From: Ostrea edulis | Lineage: Eukaryota | NCBI RefSeq assembly: GCF_947568905.1 | Contig: NC_079169.1 | Location: 87,420,001 to 87,484,000, forward strand | DNA: 64,000 nucleotides | Reading direction: 5' to 3' | In this document: positions 51,140-63,325 of the stretch, piece by piece | How the letters are laid out: each line of letters starts with the position of its first letter | Numbering within the stretch: position 1 is the first letter of the stretch | Notes under the pieces: model-generated | What the model was told of the DNA's origin: nothing | Databases searched by the model: none | What the model saw: the letters and a program-made list of their open reading frames with translations, nothing else | Program-made: the position numbers and the translations under genes

Positions 51140-51915
51140 CAGGGTTCCAACTTCGACTGAATACCTAAGGGGCCAAGTGGGCCCCTGAATAAGAAATCCT
51201 GTTAGCCCACATGGAATTTTAGTAGCCCACACATAACATGAAATTGAATAACATTGGGGGGGGGGGGGGGGGGGTCACAAGAAAGAAACATCAAGTCACA
51301 TTGCAATTTATTTAAAAAATTAAAATATCAATATTTAAATTCTGTTTCCTTCTCCGTAATTCTTTCAAATACCTCTCATTTCCACTCTCATTTCGTCAAC
51401 CTAGCAAAAATATCAGAGTTCATGGACTTTTATGATCTTTGCTGCGTCTGACTCACATTTCTTCAGACTTTTATGTTATTTCAAAATTTCTCAGCTTTAC
51501 GATGCTGTCAAGTTTATAACTTGGGCAAGCTGACACAACGATTGGACCTTTCGTGTCATGTTTTGTACACGCAGCACGTCATCCCCTTTTCGCCGTCATC
51601 AAGCCATATTCTCCCCTTCTTTCCACTTTGGTTAAAAGCAGAAGCTTTCTTTTCGTTTGAAGTAACCCTAACGTTGTTCAACTTCTGGTTTAAATACATT
51701 TTGGAAAGTTCGATACCCCAGGAATGTCTCGCAAAGTGGCAAAACCTCAACCGGAAATTGAACTTCAATTATAATAGGACTCGAATCGGTCGGAAAGAAA
51801 AATGTTGATCGGACAACTACGGTCGCCAAGTGGGCGATGAGAACAGAAATTTTGGGTGCCCACATGCAAAGTCTAGTCGCCAATGCGAGTGGGCGAGTGG
51901 TAATTTGGAACCCTG
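51140..51915 (-). mobile_element. hAT-like element with 5-bp TSD and a TTF zinc-finger relic
   Basis: TIR cagggttccaa / ttggaaccctg; taaag on both sides; AFNQSGKKGRIWLDDGEKGMTCCV resembles the F..W...WL....M.C..C finger. Confidence 0.75.
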
Positions 51916-52459
51916 TAAAGTCGGATTGGGACACTGAACTCTGTGGTAATATATTGGTTCACTATAGCGCAATGTTTTACCTAGTTTTTTCCTACTACGA
52001 GTTTTAATCTATGCACAATATCAGGGCTTCTAAGTAAAATTATGATTTTAACTAGGAGTCCGTGACACGTACCTCGCCATATCGCACAAACTTGCATCCC
52101 AAATGAATTTTCTGCGTCTAGGACGCAGATTCTTGCGTTAGTGACAACCCTGCGCAACATGATACATAAAACGACTGACCTGTTTAAAAGATGCGCCTTA
52201 ATTATTGTTTATTTCTATTTTAAAACCAAGTAAATGTTGGTAGAAGTAGCTACTTTAAGTAGGTTTAAATACCTAGGTAGCTATTAATAGCTAGGACTGG
52301 ACCTGCACATCACTAATCTCAGCAATGATCATAGGAGCCCATGTTCATAACGGTGTCAGTTTACTCAAAATTAAGTAACAATATTTTATTGCGTTATTTC
52401 TCTCTCCAGAAAATATACTTATTGGCCTACACAACAGCGTTGAACAAGTGATATGTGGG

Positions 52460-53212
52460 CAGAGTTCTTGAAAAGTGTCGGTAATGTCGGATTATCCGAT
52501 AAAAGTAGTAAATGTCCGACACAAGTTACTTAATTGTCAGTCCTGACGGCCGATATAAGATCGGAATTGAAGTCCGTTTTTAACCGGGAAAAATGGCGGC
52601 CATGTGGCCCTAAATTTTCAAACCGATGTTAAATCCAGCAACACATTGAAACGTAAACGTGAGGAATCAATTGTGAGGAACTACGAGGAGAAAAACCGAT
52701 TGTATCTCCGCCTGGCAATCTGGGAGACAATGGCTTTTGTTTGCAGTGGTTTTACCTACTGCTTGGTGACACAATCCGCTCAAAGTCGAAACTGACGAAA
52801 GACCAGCTACATATACACCCGGGCAAAAGTGAGAGAAAAAGTAGTTACAACGATCGCAGAGGAAGATGAGAAAGAAGTTGTGAGGAATATACAGGATAGA
52901 GAGAAAAATGGAGGATGAGAGAGAAGTGGAGGGTGAGAGAGAAATAGAGCAAGAAAGTGACTCAGATAGTGAAAGTGAGGAACATTCAGTGTAAGGAAGA
53001 TGAGAAAGGGTATGAAAAGATAATTTATAAAGTTATAGCTGAGATGGAGATTGAATACAATAACACATGTTATTGATTCTAAATAAAATTTATGAAAACC
53101 TCAAAAGCGATGCATTTTTATCTGGACTGACAAAATTTTGTTTGGGCTGACACTATTTCTAACAGTGTCAGACCAAATGTCCAACACTTTAAAAGAAATT
53201 TCAAGAACTCTG
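52460..53212 (+). mobile_element. hAT-like element with 6-bp TSD (hAT6-like) and a transposase N-terminal relic
   Basis: Perfect 14-bp TIR cagagttcttgaaa; TSD tgtggg at 52454-52459 and 53213-53218; degenerate ORF from atggcggccatgtgg. Confidence 0.82.
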
Positions 53213-53444
53213 TGTGGGTATTATTATTCTCATTAGAGAAGTCGAGAGGCATAGCCTTCATCGACTTCTCTTCGGGTTTAAATCACAACTCTGATTACAT
53301 CAGCCTGATTTTCTCTTAACTGGTCCCCTATTGTGACAGCTCCCAAGACAAGTTAATGTAAACCCGGGACAGGGGACATGTTGAAAATGGATTAAAAGCA
53401 AGCAAGTTTTGATTTCCTTTTGACAGTTTTGTGCATTACTGTTA

Positions 53445-53906
53445 AACAGGTTGGGAACACTTCCCCTATAGCGAGATACTCTCGCTAAAATGTGATTATC
53501 CCTCTTTAGTGAGAAATAAACATTACCATAAACAGGTTTTAACGTCTTTATTGAAAATAATGGCAAATCCCATGCGACGCTGAATAAGCACAACACACAC
53601 TCAACATGATGCGAATTGTTTCTATGAAATTGACAAGATAGTCAAGAAATTGCATATCAAAGTTGCTGCATAAGAGGGAAGCAGTTTGAAATCCAATACA
53701 CATCGTGAGTGTTTTTGTTTTGATTAATATATTTGCAGAAGTATCGGACATTTTAGCACTTTTTCTTCTTTTCCCGTGAAACATGAAGAGATGTACTTCA
53801 CCGGGTGTTTTTCTTGGTTGAACGGGATGTATTTACTCTCGCTTGGGCAGGATAATCGCAATTTAGCGAGAATATCTTGCTATAGGGGAAGTGTTCCCAA
53901 CCTGTT
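53445..53906. mobile_element. MITE with TIRs of about 55 bp
   Basis: aacaggttgggaacacttcccctatagcgaga / tcttgctataggggaagtgttcccaacctgtt. Confidence 0.8.
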
Positions 53907-54019
53907 AAATGGGTAGCAGGTCGTTCTGTCCCACAGTCAGTCCGTCCCATGGTCGATGCGGCCCATTTTGCTTAGTCGATCCGGCCCCTCCATTTTTTTT
54001 TTATCAAAGATATAATAAA

Positions 54020-54492
54020 CAGCGATTTTTTTCTACCCACTGGTACTGGTACCGGTACCCATTCAATTGGGAAAAATAGCATCAAAATCGAACAAATTGG
54101 GAATTTTCTACCAATGTATCGGCAAATGATTTCAACTAAAAGAAAGAAAAAAAGAGAACAAAACAAGAAGTAGTCATCCCTTTAAAAACTTTTTTACAGT
54201 AATATTTGCTGTTGTGATCCATAAGGAATAGTCGTAGCCTCGTTTTAGAATCGTCATAGCTCTACAAAACACGCACACTGCCATGATCTGTACTTTCGAT
54301 TTAATACTGGAAGTGAACATTTTAGTTAACTTGTACAACGTTTCAGACTAAGTAAATTATGATGTCAGCGGTCTATTTTTCAGCAAGTAAATTGGAAATT
54401 TTTAGTCTCAAAATTGGGAAAAATCAATGGTTTTTATCATTGGGAATGGTACCGTTTATCGGTACCAGTTATATAAGGAAAAAAAATCGCTG
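54020..54492. mobile_element. MITE with CAGCG termini and 5-bp TSD
   Basis: TIR cagcgattttttt / aaaaaaatcgctg; ataaa on both sides. Confidence 0.75.
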
Positions 54493-54926
54493 ATAAATGA
54501 ATAATTACTTAAGACAAAGGGATGTTTTTGCATATATATTGCAGTTAGTTATCAAAATTAGATAACTGGCGATGGTGTACAGTAGATTTATAGCGCAGAC
54601 TGCCCAGTAGGGCCCCTGCTATTAGATAACTGCCGAAGTTAACGTGTAGATAAAATTGTTTATTTAGGATTTATGATTTTTGTTTGAAGTGTGATGGTTA
54701 TGAAAATGTGTGCTCATTAATTATTGTAGAAACATCGTTATTTAACCATGTATAGCAATCAATGTAAATGTGTGTCCCCTGTCCACTGATCATTGTGAAA
54801 ACACCTTAGTGAAAACAGTTTTATAACTGCATTGTTGCGCAACCTTTGATCATTAATTACGAGCTTACAGTAACCTAACTATTCTTTGTATTGAAAATGA
54901 GGCCCACTTTATCGAATACTGTGATG

Positions 54927-55730
54927 CAGGGTTTGAAATTAACTTTTTCAAGCACTAGTCCATATGGACTAGTCACTATTGATGTTCACTAGTCCGCAAA
55001 GCATTTCACTAGTCCGTCCAGTATATCAAAAAATGATCTTCATTTTAATCAAACTAAACACATCACAGTTGCAAACAATTCGATTTCTGACACCTACAGA
55101 AGAAAAAGAGATCACCATATTTTATTTCGTATTCAAGATCTTCAAAAGCATACAATATTAACCTCCGAGTTAATCCTTTGATAAACGTCCATAAGTGCGT
55201 TCGAGATCGACGTTCCTGTTGTTCAGACCTTAGAGTCACAGGAGTTCGAAATTTTATCAAGAAAGTCAATAAAATTCACTCGATTGACCAAGTCATGAGC
55301 TATAGTGTTATGAACTACTGTGTTAGAGTCACGAATGACGAGAACATGTGCATACAAACGTGCATGTTCTCAGACCACACTACTTGCAATTCTTGCACCT
55401 AGAACACGTTCTCGTGATGTGTACTCGGCGTTCGGAATCGGCAGGAATTTGACAATGTGTGCACGTTCGAAGAACGGTGGTCTCGAACGCACTCCATGTG
55501 TTTGGAAGATCAGACTGTCATAGTCAGGCAAACACCTGACCATGCAGGTAATCAACCATAAGTTCAAACATCTAAGAGACTCAGACAAATCTTGCTAAAA
55601 TCTTTACCAATTCAAAATTGATTTCCGGATTTTCACTAGTCCGTACAGACTAGTGCTATAGAGAGTTCACTAGTCCGACACATTTTCTACTAGTCTCGGA
55701 CTTACGGACATGAGTTAATTTCGAACCCTG
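54927..55730. mobile_element. hAT-like MITE (CAGGG termini)
   Basis: 18-bp TIR with 1 mismatch; actagtcc subterminal motifs; TSD unresolved. Confidence 0.75.
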
Positions 55731-56629
55731 ATTGATGTGTATAATGATCTTAGAAAAAGCTGTCAAATATCAAAACAGCATATTGTCATCCTACCTGATG
55801 ACAGAAGACATCAGCTGCACACACACCATGAAGATGAAATACGCAGATGAATTAAACCAATTCAGTACTGTAAATAGCTTGGAAAAAAGTAATTATTTTT
55901 CTGGGCCGGATCGACTAGGGGACGTATTAACTAGGGGACGGATCGGTAATGGGACGAATCGACTAAGGGACGGAACGTCTAGAAAGCGTTAAATGTTTGA
56001 AAACAAGTTGTCTATTGCGTAAATCCCGACATATCAGTCGAAATATAAACCGTCACCGACTCCGGCATTTACACGTTTTCCAGAATCAAAATATGAATGC
56101 TTGCGAAGAGAAGTCGATGAAGGCTATGCCTCTCAACTTCTCTAACGAGAATAGGGTATTATATATATATACATGCATGCACGCCATATTACCAGTGCTA
56201 ATACCAGCCTCAAGTCACTGGTTCGTTTAGTATGCAACATCATATGTTGCTGAACCAAATGCATTGACAGTAGCCATGCAAGTCTTCACTTTTACTCGAT
56301 AATTACTTTGCATTAAACACAGTAGCATTTAAGTAAAGTATAGTTACAAACCACTTCAAAGACGATAAACCCCGTGTTTCTGTAAAAATCAAAGATGGCT
56401 GCTACCTTTCTTCAATAGGCAAGTCGTACTATAAATAATTCTACAAAATGTGTTCAGTTATGTATTTGCTGCGAGAAATTTGCCTTTGTGCTCATCATAT
56501 ATTTTAGTAGACGGATTTAGGATATCCATTGTTAAAGAGGTTCGCACGATATTTGGAATAATGTCATGGGGGGTGGGGGGGGTGGGGGTGTATTTTAATT
56601 ATGAGGCGCCGTTTTAATATTTTTGAAGT

Positions 56630-57095
56630 ATTTGCTGATATCAACAGGGACCTACATATACTGGTCCCTGATATCAAAAATCTCATTTTTTTATATCAAA
56701 AAGTCTAATTTTTTTTATATCAGAAAATGATTTTCTGATATCAGAAATTCGAATTCTTGATATCAAATAATAACAGTCATTTTCTGATATCAATGATTAT
56801 TTGATATTTAAAAAATCATTTTCTGATATACAAAATTCGAATATTTGATAACAAAAAATCATTTTCTGATATAAAAAAAATAATTAAATTTTCTGATATC
56901 AAAAAATTTAATTTTTCTGAAATTCACATTCTTGATATAAAAAATATTTAGAAGACATTTTCTGATATCAAAAATTCGAATTCCTGATATAAAAAAAATC
57001 ATCATTTTCTGATATCAAAAAATGATTTTCTGATATCAGGAATTTAAACTGATTTCTTGATATCACAAAATATATTTTCTGATATCAGAAAATAA
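56630..57095. repeat. Array of ttctgatatca(g/a)aa palindromic motifs
   Basis: Roughly 20 tgatat(c) motifs with variable AT-rich spacers. Confidence 0.85.
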
Positions 57096-57379
57096 AAGAA
57101 AATGGCGAAAAAGCTTTACATAAATAATGAATACTCCCTTGACACGTAGAAAACTTCATAAGTTTTTTGCAAAATATATTAAAAATACATTAATCATTTT
57201 GCATGATAGAAATATATACCTTTGGTGGGAATTTTATTCAATGAATACAATATTTTCTAGTAAACTATCTGATACTGAAAAGGTTTATATTATCTGTAAA
57301 CGATCATTTAACTGTCGAGGGTAACAACTCGTGCTGGCATTTTCTCTATTGTAGGTCTGTTATACAATGATCTGGTTTA

Positions 57380-59094
57380 TCTCCCTGATATGTAGCAGCA
57401 TTCCATTATCACCTGCATCTGGTGTTTATGTCTCTCAACTGATTTGATATGCTAAAGCATGTTTTGTGTATGGACACTTAATTGTAAATCGAGGCAACCT
57501 ACTGACAGATAAGTTGATATCAAAGGGGTTTCACCAGTCTCGTTTGAAGTCAACTTTTCTTCGGGATCGACCCCGTTCATTTCATAAAGAACTTTTAGTA
57601 AACTTGAAATCGTAGAATTTTTCCCAAATCAATAACATTAAAACCTATGACTTTTCAACACTTTACACGACCATTCATCACGATAAATTAAAGACTAGAC
57701 TTTTTGACATTATAGACAGTTGCTTCTTCAACAAAAATGGAAAACGGAAATGTTCATTTCTAGTGATTAGTCATTCAAAAACTTACTTTGTTAAACACCA
57801 CTCTGATTCCACGCACAAGTACTCTGAAGTTGAAATAAAAAATATTCTAGAGTTCCTCATTGACAATATTTTTGTGGTCTTTAGTGATCAGGTATTCCAA
57901 CAGTCTGTTGGAATTCCCATGGGCACGAATTGTGCTCCTTTGTTAGCTGACCTGTTTCTAAATTCATATCAAGCAGAATTTATTCAAAAACTTCTACGTG
58001 AGAAGAAACAATCTCTCGCTGTGGTCTTCAATTCGACATTTCGATATATCGATGACGTTTTGTCTATTAACAATAATAACTTTCATTCATATGTCGATTT
58101 GATATATCCCTGTGAGCTCGAAATAAAGGACACCACAGAGTCGTCCACTTCTGCTTCATACTTAGATATTTTATTGAAAGTAGACATTAAATTAACGGCA
58201 AACTGACAACTCAACTGTATGACAAACGGGATGATTTCAGCTTCTTCATCGTTAACTTCCCATATTTATTATAGGATTAAACATTCTTTTTGAAGAATTT
58301 ATCGATGTGTAAACTCCGGACATTTTACTCACAAACTGAATAAAAGTGCGAAGCACATTTATGTTTAGTTTGTGAGTAAAATGTCTGGAGTTTACACATC
58401 GATAAATTCTTCAAAAAGAATGTTTGATTCTTATAATTCCAATTCGTTCACTTTATCAACAATTGCAAAAATTTGAATAGTTTCCCTGCACTATGTTATT
58501 TGTTTTCAGGCGTGTATGAATACATCGCGTTTTCGGATTTATTGATGTGTAAACTCTTGTTCAGCTTTATTTTTGTCCAATCAAAACAATTGTAATAAAT
58601 GATATTGGAATTATGTAGCAATATTCCATTATCACCTGTATTTGGTGTTTATATATCTCAACTGATTCGATATGCAAGAGCTTGTTCTACGTATAGTCAG
58701 TTTTTAAATCGAAATAGGCTACTGACAAACAAGTTGATGGTACAGGGGTTTCAACAGTCTCGATTGAAGTCAGCATTTCGCAAATTCTATGGTCGTTATA
58801 ACGATCTAGTTCGTCAATACCACCTATCATTGGGTCAAATGCTGTCTGACGTGTTTCATACCGATTGTTGAGCCGTTCATGGCACACTGATTTTGACTGC
58901 GGATAACTCTGTTTATCTGATCAGAATATAGGGCTCACGGCGGTTGTGACCGGTCGACAGGGGGATGCTTACTCCTCCTAGGCACCTGATCTCACCTCTG
59001 GTATGTCCAGGGGTCCGTATTTGCCCAACTATCTATTTTGTATTGCTTGAAGGAGTTATGAGATTGATCACTGTTCGTTATCTTCGCCTTTCAT
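57380..59094 (+). pseudogene. Penelope-like retroelement RT fragment(s) with 3' tail, interrupted
   Basis: TYDFSTLYTT, QQSVGIPMGTNCAPLLADLFL, FRYIDDVL and PVFGVYISQLIRYARAC motifs; 5-bp attaa duplication frameshift at 58186-58195; insertion at 58269-58610; extra C-terminal fragment at 57380-57560. Confidence 0.88.
58269..58610. mobile_element. Palindromic insertion element (Crypton-like, inferred)
   Basis: Splits PYL|CSNIP of the RT; flanked by TTA; arms of about 78 bp around GTGC-GAA-GCAC. Confidence 0.75.
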
Positions 59095-59175
59095 TAACAT
59101 GACGATGACAATCATCAGTAGATTAACATGACGACGACAACCATCATAATGTAAAAGTTATACGGTACGAATTTT

Positions 59176-59224
59176 GATGCACCAGATGTGCATTTCGACA
59201 AACAATGTCTCTTCAGTGATGCTC
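59176..59224 (-). ncRNA. Minimal type I hammerhead ribozyme
   Basis: GAGCAUCA-CUGAAGA-GACA(UUGUU)UGUC-GAA-AUGCACAU-C^UGGUGCAUC: intact core, stem I and stem II, short stem III. Confidence 0.85.
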
Positions 59225-59822
59225 AAACGAAATGTTTGAAATCCGAAATAACAATGAAGTTTTAGAGCTATTTTAGGGGAAAACAGTGTGCCAAAAAAGT
59301 GGAGTCAAATTCGTCTAAGGATAAGAGATATGTGTGAGGGAGATAATCCTTTTGAATTGAATTTCTAAATTTTATAACAGCAATTATAGGTACGGTAACT
59401 CAAATCCATCCGTTCCATTGACTGGGATATTGAATGTGTCTAAAACTGAACATGATTTTAAAGAATTTCGTCTTTTGAAAGGCAGTTGAGTATAAGTACG
59501 ACTATCAAATGCAGAATTAATGCCAAGTTCGTTGAAAATCAATCTAATTAATATTATTTGATTGAAAATACAGTTGTAATAATGAGCCTTACAAACAAAG
59601 ACAATGTTGATACATGTTTTGTCGGATGGAACCAAAATATACCCCTCACGTAACCTATCTAATTCTTTTATCATTCCTGGTTTACTAAACGCAGTAGGAT
59701 CGATGATACGCATTTTTGTTTTGATGTGTCTAATATGGGATTTTGATATTCCTCCTATACTTTTGATTCATTCTGACAAGTTATCAAGTTCTTTTTCATA
59801 TTTAGCCCATCGTCCAATCTGA

Positions 59823-59909
59823 TTAAAACCAGATCCTGAGATTCGCTCACTTAGATCGCTACACTAGTGTAGCGATCTAAAGTGAGCGGATCTCAGGATC
59901 TGGTTTTAA
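59823..59909. repeat. Loopless palindrome of about 87 bp inserted in the Penelope-like element
   Basis: Centre acact|agtgt; 8-bp direct repeat ccatcgtc at 59807-59814 and 59910-59917. Confidence 0.9.
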
Positions 59910-60419
59910 CCATCGTCTGGCATAATCTTCGACATAATTCTTAACGGAGATGATGTTCTGCCGCCAGTTGAAAGACCGAGGTTCTCTGAATATAGGAAAT
60001 TTTAGAATAAGTCATTTAAAGTCCTCATTTTCAACTATATCAACATTACCAATAACGACATGTCCAGCTGTTTAAAGATGGTGAAGACGAAGAACACGTA
60101 GGTGGATTAAGTATAGGATGGTCTCTATCTAAACACTGTAAGGATTGTTTGTAAATAAAAAGTTTGGATGCAATAGTGGAAGTATATTTGTGGGAAATAT
60201 AGGGTGTAGACTCGAACTTAGAATAAGTTGGAATACACGACTGAACTTTATGTGACAAAGAATGTTGATTATGTTTATATTCTGAGATTGAAAATTCCAA
60301 GTATGGACTAGTGTTAGCTTCTTCAAACAACGTATTCAAAACTATCAATGGAACAGAGTAAAGTTTTGTGAGAATGACGTGGACGTAATTGTCGAAAGGT
60401 AAAAGTGAATCAAATGTAA

Positions 60420-62007
60420 TACAAGAGATGTTTGTAAAACACCTATGCCCCCATGGTGCAAAATTGAAAAGGGTTATACACACACATCATTTAATTGATA
60501 GTAGTATCATTAATTCAAAATATTGAGCAGACGATATCTTCCTATGTCAAGAGTGAATTGACCATGTGACCTAAAAATCAATAGGGGTCATCTACGCCTT
60601 ATGCTGTACCAGTGTACCAAGTTTGGTGTCAATCAAGCAAATAATTCTTAAAATATAGGAGACAATATATTACTATGTCCAGTTCAACAATTGACTTTTG
60701 ACCTCAAAATCAATATGGGTCATCTTCTCCTGAAGATGTACCAGTGTACTAAGTTTGATGTCTGTCAAGCAAAAGTGTTATCAAGATATTGAGTGGACAT
60801 TATATTCCTATGACCAGTTTGACCTTTGACCATGTGACCTCAAAATCAATAGGAGTCATCTCCTTCTGAATATACACCATTGTATTAAGTTTGATGTCTG
60901 TCAAGCAAAGGGTTCTTAAGATATTGAGTGGACAGTATATTCCAATGTCCAGGTTGACCCTTGACCTTTAAACATGTGACCTCAAAATCAATAGGGATCA
61001 TCTTCTCCTGAAGATGTACCAGTGTACCAAGTTTGATGTCTGTCAAGCAAAGGGTTCTCAAGATATTGAACGGACAGTATATTCCTATGTCCAGTTTGAC
61101 CCTTGACCTTTGACCATGTGATCTCAAAATCAATAGTGGTCATCTTCTTCTGAAGACGTATCAGTGTACCAAGATTGATATCTGTCAAGAAAAGGGTTCT
61201 CAAGATACTGAGCAGACAGTATATTTATTGTATTTCCATGTCCAGTTTGACCCTTGATCTTTAACCATGTGACCCCAAAATCAATAGGGGTCATCTTCTC
61301 CTGAAGATGTGCCAGTGTACCAAGTTTGATGTCTGTCAAGCAAAGGGTTCTCAAGATATTGAGCGGACAGTATATTCTAATGCCCTGTTTGACCCTTGAC
61401 CTTTGACCATGTGAACTCAAAATCAATAGGGGTCATTTTCTCCTGAAGTTATACCAGCGTATCTAGTTTGATGTCTGTCAAGCAAAGGGTTCTCAAGATA
61501 TTGAACGGACAGTATATTCCTATGTCCAGTTTGACCCTTGACCTTTGACCATGTGATCTCAAAATCAATAAGGGTAATTTTTTTCTGAAGATGTACTGGT
61601 GTATCAAGTTTGATGTCTGTCAAGCAAAGGGTTCTCTGGACATTGAATGGTCAGTATATTCCTATTCCCAGTTTGACCCTTGACCTTTGACCATGTGACA
61701 TCAAAATCAATAGGGGTCATCTACTCCTTAGGATGTACCAGTGTGTTAAGTTTGATGTTTTTCAAGCAAAGGGTTCTCAAGATATTGAGCGGACAATATA
61801 TTCCTATATCCAGAGTAGATTGACCCTTGACCTTTTGATCTGAAAAACAATAGGGGTCTTTTTCTACTCATAACCAACCCATATATGAAATATCATTATC
61901 ATCAAGTGAATGGTTCTCAAGATATTGAGCGGACAACATGTGGTCTACCGACCAACCGACCGACAGGTGCAAACCAATATGCCGCTCTTCTTTAAAGGGG
62001 GACATAA
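60420..62007 (+). mobile_element. HINE-like element carrying about 10 tandem 142-bp cores
   Basis: 5' acaagagatgtttgtaaaacacctatgccccc, cores spaced 136-151 bp, ACCG microsatellite, 3' hairpin atgccgctcttc-tttaaagggggacat. Confidence 0.85.
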
Positions 62008-62171
62008 TTATGGATATTTGGTCTTTTATATGAACCATGTCCATGACTGCGTTTGCGTCTTTGTGTATTTGGAAGAAAGTCCCATCACGTTTACACTTGT
62101 TTCTTGTGCCTACCCTGTATACGTTGTCGTTGCATCGCTATGGAAATGCAGTGCCCAGAGTCTTGATCCAG

Positions 62172-62400
62172 TGAGGCGACTAAATGTGACAGGCCTTCGG
62201 ATGAGACAGCAAAATCCGAGGCCCCATGCCACAACAGCTGTGACACAATAAAAATTCATCCCTGCTTAAAGGTCAAAGGCGTCGATCAGAGGTCTAAATC
62301 ATAGGCCCTTCAGCGGCAATTGTGACGTTTCATAGATGTATGAGTGAAAATATACAACAATATACAACTAACTACAACAAAACAAACAAAATGTATCAAG
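62172..62400 (+). mobile_element. Diverged SINE-like element
   Basis: gaggcgactaaatg..ttcggatgagac..gtgacacaataaa body; A/C-rich tail. Confidence 0.75.
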
Positions 62401-63325
62401 TGACTTTATTTAGTTTGAACAATATTTATTCATAAATGATTTGATACTAGTGTTTACAGTCAATGCCTTGTAATTTAGATTAAGAAACAAGCCAAAATAT
62501 TTTATATTAATCTCGCTCTCGTTTAATTGTCGCCAGAAGTAGTTTCACACAAGACTGATGACAAAATTATCATGTTTTAATCCATTTTTAAGTTTCATAA
62601 GTTCTTGGTTCAATATTCAATATAAAGATCAAAGGTCACCCAATGGAATTTCCAAACGTCTTCACTAACAAGGATAGTTCAAGATTTACGTATAAAAGCT
62701 GAATTGTTAACGACAGAAAAAACAAAAACAAAGACATCTAGAGATCCACCTTCTCTTACTCATGTACTGATATAATCAAATATAATAACTCTGCTGCTTG
62801 CCTTTAGATATGCTCCCATTTTCAATACGGAACATGGTGTTTTCAACCAACATGACCAGTGACGTTAAAAAGAACGGTATTCTGAGTATTTAATAAATAC
62901 CCTATCTACAAAGGACAATTAGTTTGAGCCACTGGACACTTTCAAAATACAGGTTCTTCTGTGTAACCTTTCTATCTAGCTACTGTCAACTAGAAAATAG
63001 AAATACTGTAGAAAATCTCAAAAAACACAACATTGTTAAGGTCTTAGGATACCCAATATTCTGGACGCATCAAAAGAAGTAGGATTTTGCTATGTTTACG
63101 TGGGATCTTTTATTACTAGTATTTGATCAAACAAGGATGTAAATCGGCCATTAAAACATGAAATACACCAATCAAATGCTGCATTTTTCGAAGTTTCCAA
63201 ATTTTTTGTATTGTTTTCCATTCATGCAATGATTTGTGAATCATGCAAAATATAAAGGTGGTTTCATAGGGAACTTTAAGATTGTAAGAGAAATGTAATG
63301 CATATAATGTATTTAACGCATTAAT

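Larger units (their letters stand above)
59150..60400 (-). mobile_element. Internally deleted Penelope-like element (N-terminal ORF region joined to a hammerhead-bearing end)
   Basis: IASKLFIYKQSLQCLD, FREPRSFNWRQN, YARRWAKYEK and VPSDKTCINIVFVCKAHYY are collinear; the RT core is missing after ELPYL. Confidence 0.75.

Noticed and set aside
51451-51460. GTGAGT donor as the end of RBM33 non-coding exon 1
   Set aside because: It lies inside a hAT relic with no supporting evidence; the first exon remains unlocated.
52604-52795. ORF with a YY1-like AAAATGGCGG start as a divergent host gene
   Set aside because: It lies within a TIR/TSD-bounded element and is frameshifted; it is a transposase remnant.
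58204-58206. In-frame TGA in the RT as selenocysteine (some Naiad elements encode selenoproteins)
   Set aside because: The TGA is reached only because of the 5-bp attaa duplication frameshift, and no SECIS was recognisable by eye.
60885-61623. Several similar minus-strand ORFs
   Set aside because: They are translations of the 142-bp HINE core repeats.
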